From an uncultured Chloroflexia bacterium (GTDB lineage: Bacteria; Chloroflexota; Limnocylindria; Limnocylindrales; CSP1-4): a DNA stretch of 64,000 bases. The notes under the pieces were generated by a model. The model did no database searches. It worked only from the letters and a program-made list of their open reading frames with translations, and had not been told where the DNA came from. Positions within the stretch are counted from its first letter, which is position 1. The number at the start of each line of letters is the position of its first letter. The position numbers and the translations under genes are program-made. The stretch spans positions 1,278 through 65,277 of the forward strand of contig CAVXNF010000006.1 in NCBI GenBank assembly GCA_963763075.1. Direction: 5' to 3'. This document shows, piece by piece, positions 52,364-60,941 of the stretch.

Positions 52364-53554
52364 ATGCGGGAGCTCCGTGCGGGAGCCGCCATCATCGTCC
52401 TTGCGCTCGTCGTCGCCGCGTGCGGCGACACGCCCCGACCCCGGCTCCGTCCGGGTCAACGCGCCGACGCGTCCGTCACCGCGGAGAGCGCCCCGCCGGC
52501 CAGCGCGCCGGTTGCCGAGGCGTCGCCCGAGCCGTCGCCCGTCGACGTCGCGCCAGGCTGCGGCCGACGTGCTCGCCGACCCGCAGCTCGAGACCACCGT
52601 CACGGTCGACGCGACGACGAAGGTCGGCAAGACGACGACGCACACGACCGGCACGATCGACGTCGCCGGCCGCGCGAGCCACCTCGTGCGCACCGATGCC
52701 ACCGGCAAGTCCAAGGCGAAGGTCGAGACGATCACCGCCAACGGCACGCGCTACGTCAAGGTGAAGGGCGTCTGGACCAACGCCGGACCCGCCGACGAGA
52801 CCGATCTCGTCGCGGTCCTGCGGGGCATGACCGGCGTCACCGACCTCGGCGTCGAGACCAAGGACGGCGCCCAGCTCCACCACCTGCAGGCACCCGCGCT
52901 GGGCGTCATCCCGCGCGACCTCGCGCTCGTCACCAAGGACGTGACGGACGTCACCGGCACGGTCGACGCCTGGGTCGAGGAGGACGGCTCGCCGGTCTCG
53001 ATGACGATCAGGTCGACCTGGAAGCAGCCCGTCGGCAAGAAGACGGTCGATGCCTCGCGAACCGCGACGCTGACCTTCGGCGAGCCGCTCGCGGAAGCCC
53101 CGATCATCGCGCCGACCGAGACCTGGAAGTTCTGGAACTCGAAGCGCTACCAGTACCGGATGGCCTATCCCGACACGTGGGAGGCGAAGGCCGGCAAGGG
53201 CCGCTTCGCGGACAGCTTCTACGGCGGCGAGGAGTACGCCTACGCGTCGCGGGCCCGGAGCGGCGGCGTGTCGCTGTCGTACATCAACGCCCGGATCCTG
53301 ACCCAGCTGAAGTCGATCACCGGCTACAAGAAGCTCAAGGTCACGTCGAACAAGAAGGCGCAAGCTGGACGGCCTGCCCGGCGCGGCGGATCGAGTTCCG
53401 CGGCACGTCGAACGGCGAGACGGTCTACGGCCAGGCGACCTACGCGGTCAAGGGCGCGTTCTGGTACTTCATCGGCTTCGACAGCTACACCAAGTGGAAC
53501 GACGAGCTGCGCGACCAGTTCAGCTCGATGATCGGGACGTTCGACTACAGGTAG
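52364..53554 (+). CDS. Two-domain lipoprotein, LppX/LprAFG-like + PsbP-like (frameshifted)
   Basis: GGAGG SD; lipobox VVAAC; beta-rich domain ..GTVDAWVEEDGSPVSM; YRMAYPDTW; family assignment tentative. Confidence 0.6.
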   Translation: MRELRAGAAIIVLALVVAACGDTPRPRLRPGQRADASVTAESAPPASAPVAEASPEPSPVDVAPGCGRRARRPAARDHRHGRRDDEGRQDDDAHDRHDRRRRPREPPRAHRCHRQVQGEGRDDHRQRHALRQGEGRLDQRRTRRRDRSRRGPAGHDRRHRPRRRDQGRRPAPPPAGTRAGRHPARPRARHQGRDGRHRHGRRLGRGGRLAGLDDDQVDLEAARRQEDGRCLANRDADLRRAARGSPDHRADRDLEVLELEALPVPDGLSRHVGGEGRQGPLRGQLLRRRGVRLRVAGPERRRVAVVHQRPDPDPAEVDHRLQEAQGHVEQEGASWTACPARRIEFRGTSNGETVYGQATYAVKGAFWYFIGFDSYTKWNDELRDQFSSMIGTFDYR

Positions 53555-53639
53555 TCGTCGCGCACCGCGGCCTCAGCGGCAGTGCCAGCCGCCTCGACCA
53601 GGGGTAGGGCCGGACGAGCTCTGGCATCCTTGGGTCCCG

Positions 53640-54905
53640 ATGTCAACCACGTCCGCCTCCGATCCCGCACACCCGACGCCGGCCGCGCCCGCGCCGGCCG
53701 CGGCGGGGCTGCAACCGGTGGCATTGGCGGGCACGCCCGTCGTCCTGGCGCTGTTCATCGTCGCCCTGGCCCTCCGGCCGCAGCTGAGCGCGATCGGGCC
53801 GCTCGTGCCGCAGGTGCTCGCGGAGTTCGGGCCGTCGCACGCGTTCGTCGGCCTGCTCACCGCGATCCCCGTGTGCTGCATGGGCCTGTTCGCGCTCGCG
53901 GGGCCGCCGGTCGCTGCACGGTTCGGCACGCGGGGCGGCGTCGCACTCAGCGTCGCGGTGCTCGTCGCTTCGGGGATCCTGCGGGCATTCGTGCCGGGCG
54001 CGGAGCTGGTGCTGCTGGCCACCTTCGGGATCGGCGTGGGCACCGCGGTGACCGGCCCGATCTTCGCGATGTTCGTCCGCGACCGGATGCCGACCCAGCT
54101 CGTGGGCGGGACCTCGTCCTACGCCGCCGGCACCATCGTCGGCGCCGCCCTCGGCGCCGCGCTCGCGGTCCCGCTCGCGGCCACGCTCGGCGGCTGGCGC
54201 GGGGCGATGCTCGCGATCTCGGTGCTCTCGATCATGTGTCTGGTGACGTGGATCCTCGTCGTCCGCCACCGGCCGAGCCCGAACGCGGCCGCCGCCGGTC
54301 CGCGGCGCCTCGAGCGGCCGCACCTTCCGGTCCGGCGCGGCGTCGTGTGGGCCATCGCCCTGCTGTTCGGCCTGCAGTCGTGGCTGTATTACGGGCAGAC
54401 CGCGTGGCTCGCCAGCGTCTACATCGAGTTCGGCTGGTCCCCCGGGGCTGCTGCCGTCCTGCTGTCGGTCGTCAGCGTCGCGGGCCTCGGGGCGATCGTG
54501 CTGGCGCCGGCCGGGGCGCAGCGGGGGCTCAGCCGGCGGGTGATGCTCACGGCGGCCGCGGTGTCATCGACGCTCGGACTGCTGGGCGTCGCGCTCGTGC
54601 CGGCGCCCGGCTTCCTGTGGGCGGTCCTCCTCGGCTTCGGGCTGGGGATGATGTTCACGCTCCTGCTGACCCTGCCGACCGATCTCAGCAACGATCCGCG
54701 CGAGGTCGGCGGCGCGTCGGCGCTGATGCTCCTCGTCGGGTACCTGCTTGCGGCGCTGGCGCCGTCCGTGCTGGGAGCCGTGCGCGACGCGACCGGCGAG
54801 TTCGGCCCGGCAATCTGGCTGCTGGCCGGCATCGCCTTGGTGATGATCCCGCTGTCGTGGAGCGTCACGCCGCTTCGGCTGCACGGCCACGCGGAAGCCG
54901 CCTAG
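53640..54905 (+). CDS. MFS transporter, CynX/NimT family
   Basis: ALRPQLSAIGPLV, GLLTAIPV, FGLQSWLYY...WL, VGYLLAALAP..LGAVRDATG. Confidence 0.9.
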   Translation: MSTTSASDPAHPTPAAPAPAAAGLQPVALAGTPVVLALFIVALALRPQLSAIGPLVPQVLAEFGPSHAFVGLLTAIPVCCMGLFALAGPPVAARFGTRGGVALSVAVLVASGILRAFVPGAELVLLATFGIGVGTAVTGPIFAMFVRDRMPTQLVGGTSSYAAGTIVGAALGAALAVPLAATLGGWRGAMLAISVLSIMCLVTWILVVRHRPSPNAAAAGPRRLERPHLPVRRGVVWAIALLFGLQSWLYYGQTAWLASVYIEFGWSPGAAAVLLSVVSVAGLGAIVLAPAGAQRGLSRRVMLTAAAVSSTLGLLGVALVPAPGFLWAVLLGFGLGMMFTLLLTLPTDLSNDPREVGGASALMLLVGYLLAALAPSVLGAVRDATGEFGPAIWLLAGIALVMIPLSWSVTPLRLHGHAEAA

Positions 54906-55802
54906 CCAGCCTCGATCGAGGTCGCGACGAAGCCTCGGCGGCACGTGAGCACCGCGCTGAGCCGCGCCAGGCCAAACGGGTCTTCGGGGTTATCGGGGTC
55001 CGTGCACGCGGCCGCCTCCGGGTCGTTGAAGTGGCCGGTTACCGAGTAGCGGCCCGGCGGGGTGTCTGCGTCCAAGCCGTAGATCGTTGCCAGCGCGCCG
55101 TCGAGGCGGCACGTCCCGCGGTCGAGCCAGCTCGCGCCGACGATGAAGGCGTCCGGCGATGGGTCGCAGGTCAGCTCGCCGGTGATCACGACGTCGTCGG
55201 CGCCATAGCAAGCGGCCATGCCGTCTGTCAGCTGGAGCGGTGCGAGCTCCTCTGCCGTCGTCGGGTTGCCGGGGCAGTGCAGGTCGCCTGGTGCGAGCAG
55301 CGCCGTCCCATCCTCGGCTTCGCGACGAGCCCAACCGGTCGGCGCATCGGTCACAAGCTGGGCGGGCGTGACGAGGTACCACTCGCTGTCGTCGACGAGC
55401 ACCGGTCCATGGACGACGATGAGCGCGCCGCCGCCCATCACGCCCATCAGCGGCCACGTCGACGGGTCGGGATCGCCCGTGTCGAACCGCCACGGCTCGG
55501 CGCCGGGCGACGGGCTGATCGGCAGGACGTCGGTCAGCCCGGTGACGAAGGTGTCGACAGCGAACGCCCCGTCGACACCATTCGTCGCCGGCGCAAGCCA
55601 CGGGTACCACGGCGACGTCGACGGACGCAGCTGGGGGAGTGGAGGCCGCGGCCACTCCGGATGCGGTAGCTGTCGGCGCCGTTGTCGCAGGCGCCGAGCT
55701 CGCGACGGAGGGCGCGACAGGTGCCGGGCTGGCACATCCGGCGCTGAGCGCAACGACGGTCATGACGAGCGCGCCGGCTCGAGATCGTGAGTTTGAACGC
55801 AT
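54902..55802 (-). CDS. Secreted lipoprotein, hypothetical (5' frameshift)
   Basis: VVALSAGC lipobox-like, Ser/Pro/Ala linker, SH3-like VVHGPVLVDDSEWYLV, Cys-containing C-terminal domain. Confidence 0.55.
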
Positions 55803-55885
55803 CGACCACCACCCTCGTGTCCGCGCCCCAGCGGTCACCCCTCGGACGCGACTGCCGCCATCGATGTTGCGCGAAGGGCGGAGCG

Positions 55886-57607
55886 TTACTCCAGCGCGAC
55901 GACGAACACGAACGTGGCAGCCTCCGTGTCGACGTAGGCGATGAACGCGCCCTCGAGGTCGACGTCGGTCTCGGTGACGAGGGTGTACGCCCCCGCCTGA
56001 CCCTCGCCGAGCGACGCGGGCATCGGTGGCTCGGCGGTGAGCGGCACCTCCGTCCCGTCCGCGGTCAGCAGCTCCCACGCGCCCGGATCGAGCGCCCAGT
56101 CCGACTTCGCGGTGTAGGTTGCCTGGACCGTGAGGGACGTGGAGCCATCACCGGGCGTGAGCAGCCAGTCGTCGACGCTCGCCGTGCCCACCTCCGCCCC
56201 GTCGATGCTGATCGGGACCGCCTCGCCACGCTCGGCGAGGAGCGGCTCGCCCCCGAGCGGACCCGGCTCGCCACTCGCGATGGGCCCGCCGTCGCCGCTC
56301 GCGCCGGGCTCGCCGGACGGGACGGCGAACGGCGCCTCGGTCGGCATCGCCGCTCGATCGTTGGTGCGCGGCAGGATCGCGGTCGCCGCGAGGAGCAGGA
56401 AGACGCCGAGCGTGATGATGAGCACCGGGACGATCGTGAGCAGCTTGGTGCGGCGCTGGGCGGCCGGATCGCCCTCGTTCGCCTTGGCGGCGCCCACGAG
56501 CAGCGTGGCGACGAACGTGGTCAGCGGCACGGCCGCCACGATGCCGAGGCTGCCCGCGAGCGTCCGGACGATCTCGGTCGCGATCTCCTCGTTGTTCCAG
56601 ATCAGCGCAGTCGGCTGGTTGTTGATCAGCAGGACGACGAGCAGCGGCAGGGAGGCGCCGACGTAGGCGAGGAACAGCGTGTTGACCGTCGCGCCGATGT
56701 GCGACCGCCCGATGCCCAGCGCGCTGCGGAACAGCTCGCGGCCCTCGAGCGGCCCGCGCCCCGAGAGCTCGTCCACGACGACCGCCTGGGTGACCGTGAC
56801 GTCGTCGAGGACGCCCAACGAGCCGAGGATGACCGCGGCGAGCAGGATGCCCCGCAGGTCGAGGCCGCTGCCGCCCTGGGTGACGATGTAGGCGAGGTCC
56901 GAGCTCGTGTAGGTGAACTGCGCGGCCGCGGTCACCCCCGCCGCGATGAGGCCCGCCACCGACAGCGAGCCCGCCGTGCCAAGGATGGCCGCGGCGCTGC
57001 CCTTGCCCCAGCCCTCCGTGAGCAGGATGGTCGCCGCCGTGATCCCCGTCGCCCCGACCACCGCCATCGGGAGCGGCGGCACGCCCTGGAGGATGAGCGG
57101 CAGGATGATCTTGAGGATGACAGCGATCGTCAGGCCCAGCGCGACGAGGGCCCGGACGCCCTGCCAGCCGCCGACGACGGTGACCCCGACCGCGAACAGG
57201 ATGATCAGCGCCGCGATCGGCTCGAAGCGCCACCGGTCGGCGACCGCGATGTACGGCTCGGCCTCGTTCTCGTCCTGCGTGATCGTGACGACGACCTGGT
57301 CGCCCGGGGCGTAGGCCGCGACCAGCTGCGACCCGCCCGGTCCCTCGACGAACGCCGTGACGGTCTGGCCCCTGAGCGCCCCGTCGAGGAGCAGGACCTG
57401 CGCCGTGAACACGGGGGCGCCGCCGGCCTCGGATCCGCCGACGTCGGGCGGGATGATCTCGAGGATCTCGCCCTTGTACGCCTCTACCGGGGCGCCGATG
57501 TCCGGGGACGGGGGCGCAAGGTCGGGGATGAGCGTGATGAGGACGATGAGGATGACGCCGCCCAGGATGACCGTGAGCTGGCGACGAACCTCGCTGGAGG
57601 TCGGCAT
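55886..57607 (-). CDS. YibE/F family membrane protein with extra C-terminal TM and extracellular domain
   Basis: YIAVADRWR, GWQGVRAL, LGSLGVLDDVTVTQA, GRSHIGATVNTLFLAYVGASLP, EIVRTLAGSLG. Confidence 0.88.
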   Translation of the reverse strand: MPTSSEVRRQLTVILGGVILIVLITLIPDLAPPSPDIGAPVEAYKGEILEIIPPDVGGSEAGGAPVFTAQVLLLDGALRGQTVTAFVEGPGGSQLVAAYAPGDQVVVTITQDENEAEPYIAVADRWRFEPIAALIILFAVGVTVVGGWQGVRALVALGLTIAVILKIILPLILQGVPPLPMAVVGATGITAATILLTEGWGKGSAAAILGTAGSLSVAGLIAAGVTAAAQFTYTSSDLAYIVTQGGSGLDLRGILLAAVILGSLGVLDDVTVTQAVVVDELSGRGPLEGRELFRSALGIGRSHIGATVNTLFLAYVGASLPLLVVLLINNQPTALIWNNEEIATEIVRTLAGSLGIVAAVPLTTFVATLLVGAAKANEGDPAAQRRTKLLTIVPVLIITLGVFLLLAATAILPRTNDRAAMPTEAPFAVPSGEPGASGDGGPIASGEPGPLGGEPLLAERGEAVPISIDGAEVGTASVDDWLLTPGDGSTSLTVQATYTAKSDWALDPGAWELLTADGTEVPLTAEPPMPASLGEGQAGAYTLVTETDVDLEGAFIAYVDTEAATFVFVVALE

Positions 57608-57748
57608 CGCGCGACAGGGTACCCGGCCGAGGGCCATCCGGTGACGCCACGTACCAGGGGCGCGACGGTCGCAACGTGGTGGCAACCTTCGTGTCCTGAC
57701 CCTACGATGGCGCCACTCCACCACATCGTGTTCGCAGCCGGAGACTCC

Positions 57749-59589
57749 ATGCGACCGAGCACCCGCGCCCTCCGGGCCCTCGCCCTCGGGCTCCTGACCG
57801 CCGCGCTCCTCGGGGCCTCCGCGGGCACCGCCGCGGCCGACCCGACGACCACGCTCGTCCCGATCGGGTCCGACTACCAGCCCGACACGCTGCAGCTGTT
57901 CGCCAAGGAGGCGTCGACCGTAGCACGGACAACCAGGTCCACATCCTCGTCCTGCCGATCACGTACTCGCTGAGCGCCGAAAGCACGACGAAGAGCGAGC
58001 GCAAGAAGAACCTGACCTTCGCCGAGAACCGCCGCAACCAGATCGACGCCGCCTGCAACGCGTCAAGGAGGCGGAGCAGACATGCCTCACCGAGCTCGTG
58101 CCGGTCCTCGTCCGGACGGACGCCCTCGCGTTCGAACCCGGCGCCGTACTTCACCGCCGACCTCGACGGGATGTACGTCCTCGGCGGCGACCAGACCGTG
58201 GCGATGAACACGGTCCACGACACGCCGCTCGAGGCGGCGATGACGACCGCGTTCGAGGCGGGCGCCGTGTTCGGGGGCAACAGTGCCGGCGACGCGGTCC
58301 AGTCGACGGACATGATCAACGGCTACAACGGCGACAACGGCCCCGCCGAGTCGCTCCAGGAGGGCGCGGTCCAGGTCTGCTTCGATAGCGGCCCGACCGA
58401 CTGCGAGGGCGGCATGCCGTTCGGCTTCGCGGACCTCATCACCGACCAGCACGTGTTCGAGTACGGCCGCACCGGCCGCTCGCTCAACGTCGCGGTCTCG
58501 ACCGGAAGCCCGTCCTGGGCATGGACGCCGCGACGGGCGCCGTCGTCAAGGACTACCTGCATCTTCGCGACGTGACCGGCGACACGCTGGGCTACGTCAT
58601 CGACCCGACGCGTATGGCTCGACCGACGCCTACGGCGGCCCGAACGACACGCTGCGCACCAGCCAACGTCGCGATGCACCTCCTGCCGCCGGGCTCCGGG
58701 TTCGAGTTCGACGCGATGACGCCCGCCTGGACGGCACGAGTACCCGAAGCCGGACATCGCGGGCCGCACGTACCCGATCGCGACCGCGACCGACGCCGGG
58801 CCGCTGTACCTCGCGGGCGGGATCGTCGGCGATCCGGCCGGCCTCGTCGGCGACGCATTCGTCGCAGACGCGGGCGGCGACGGACGCCCGGTCGTCGTGC
58901 TCGCCGCGGGCTTCGCCAAGACGGGCGATGCACAGACCGATGCCAAGGCGATCGCCGCGGCGCTCGCGCCGGTCGGTCGAATCCGTGACCTGGTTCGCCC
59001 TCGACTCGCGGACGAAGAACGACGGCGGCCATCGCGGCGATCGACGACGCGACTGGCATCATCGTGACCGGCCGCGACCGGTCGCTCGTCCTCGACCAGC
59101 TCGGGAGCTCGCCGGCGTGGGCGGCGGCTCGCGCTCGCGTGGGCGGACGGCACGCCGCTGCTCGCCGACGACGCCGCGGCCGCGGCGGTCGGGACGACCT
59201 CGTCGCCCAGGCCCCGGCGGCAGACGTCGAGTCCGGCGCGACCGAGGACGCCATCGTGAGCAACGTGACGATCGCGACCGGGCTCGGGCTCGTCGAGCGG
59301 GCTCGCCGTCGAGCCCCGCCTGCTGCCCGACCAGCTGTGGCCGCAGCTGTTCCAGATCAGCCAGTCGCTGACGACGCATGGGTCGGCGCCGGCATCGACG
59401 TCGGCACGGCGATCCGGGTCGAGCAGCGGCGCAGCACGGCGGTCGGCGACAGCGCCGTCGTCATCGTCGACGGCCGTCAGGCGGCATGGACGAGTCGGCG
59501 GCAACGGCGCCATCGGTGCCGCGTGGCTCATCCTCGACACGTTCGCGAACGGCGACGCCGTCGCGCCGGTCGCGCCCGTCGCGCCGTGA
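57749..59589 (+). CDS. Secreted cyanophycinase / peptidase S51-like protein, two tandem domains (frameshifted)
   Basis: Signal peptide ending TAAA-D; YVLGGDQ, FGGNSAG (Ser 58282), ITDQH (His 58450); second domain LYLAGG, IIVTGRD, GIDVGTA. Confidence 0.75.
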
Positions 59590-59608
59590 CGCGCAAGCGG
59601 CGGCGGCC

Positions 59609-60480
59609 TCAGCCGCGCGTCGCGACGATCGAGAACGACAGCGGCAGGCGGCCGCGCTCCTCGGGCCGGACATCACGGTGGCCGGCCCACCAGTCCACCG
59701 GGTGCTCGGTGACCCGCTCGAGCCGCAGGCCCGCGCCCAGCAGCGCCGTGATGATCTCGCCCAGCGTCCACGCCCGGGCGAACTTCCAGTGCTGCTCGCC
59801 GTCCGGGATCGAGAGCCGGTCGATGTACTCGGGCGCCCAGCCGCGCGACGCCTCGGTGCCGCCGAAGTAGTCGTAGTCGGTCAGCGTCCAGCCGCCGTCC
59901 CCGTCCGCGTCGAACAGCCACTCGGCGGGATGGCCGTCGAAGATCACGAGGCGCCCGTCCGGCGCGAGGAGCCGGCGCAGGACCGCGGCCCAGCGGTCGA
60001 GGTCCTGGAGCCAGATGATCGCGCCGCGGCCGGTGTAGAGCAGGTCGCGCGGTGCCATCGAGCTCGTGCGGCACCGCCAGCACGTCCGCCTCGACCCACG
60101 TCGCGGGCGCGCCGGTCGCGGCGGTCAGGCGCCGGGCGAGGTCCAGCATCCGCGGGCTGAAGTCGACGCCGACCACCTCGTCCGCGCCGAGGTTCCACAG
60201 CGAGAGCGTGTCGCGGCCGCCCGCGCACTGGAGGTGGATCGCCCGCCGGCAGGTGCCGTGCAGGTCGCCGATCAGGTCCTGCTCGACCGGGAACAGGTTC
60301 GAGCCACCCGACCGGATGAGCTCGACCGCCTCGTCGAACCAGCCCTCGTAGCGCTCGGCGGCCTCGTCCCAGGCCAGCCGGTTCGCGTCGTGCATCGCCC
60401 CGACGTCCGCCAGCTCCCCGGGCGCGGCGGGCCGGACGTCGGCACTCGGGTCCGGAGGCAGGAGCGCGATCGTCGGCCAT
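59609..60480 (-). CDS. Class I SAM-dependent methyltransferase (frameshifts near 60400 and 60058)
   Basis: NRLAWD, AIHLQCAGGRD, VGVDFS, YTGRGAIIWLQDL..W..V...LAPDG..VIFDGHP. Confidence 0.88.
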
Positions 60481-60941
60481 CGCCGGATCGTACGCGGGAC
60501 GGGACCCCGGGAATCACGAAGGCCGCCATCCTCACGGATGACGGCCGATCAGCGGGGGTCGGGCGCAGACACCGGCCCCCGGTGGCGGGCGGTCCCGGGC
60601 GAGTTGGCCCTGGACCGCCGTCATCTGCCGGCGCGTGCGTCGGATGAGAGGTTCCCTGCACGAGGCCGCGTCGCGGTGTTCGAAGCGCCGCGCGATGCGT
60701 CTTCGCTCGCGGTTCGCTGGCTCGACTCCTGCCAGCGGCGTTGCGAGCCCAGCCCTGAGGCCGTCTGCATCGGCAAAGTCCGACACCTCCCGTGACACCC
60801 CGCGCAAGGGGTGGAGTGGATGTGTCCAGTATGGCCACGGTGGCAACCCCCTCCAGCGTGGGCCCGCGCGGATTGATATGCGGTTGCAAGGTGTCGGTGT
60901 GGTCGCGGGCGCGACCGGGACCAGCGCCTCGACCCGAGGGA

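Noticed and set aside
57667-57687. Shared GGTGGCAACC motif with 60839-60848 as a common operator
   Set aside because: A single shared 10-mer among several kb of intergenic DNA is expected by chance.
60835-60895. SAM-I/IV riboswitch near the methyltransferase (GGCAACC...GGT)
   Set aside because: Wrong strand for the downstream gene, and P1/P2 consensus is missing.
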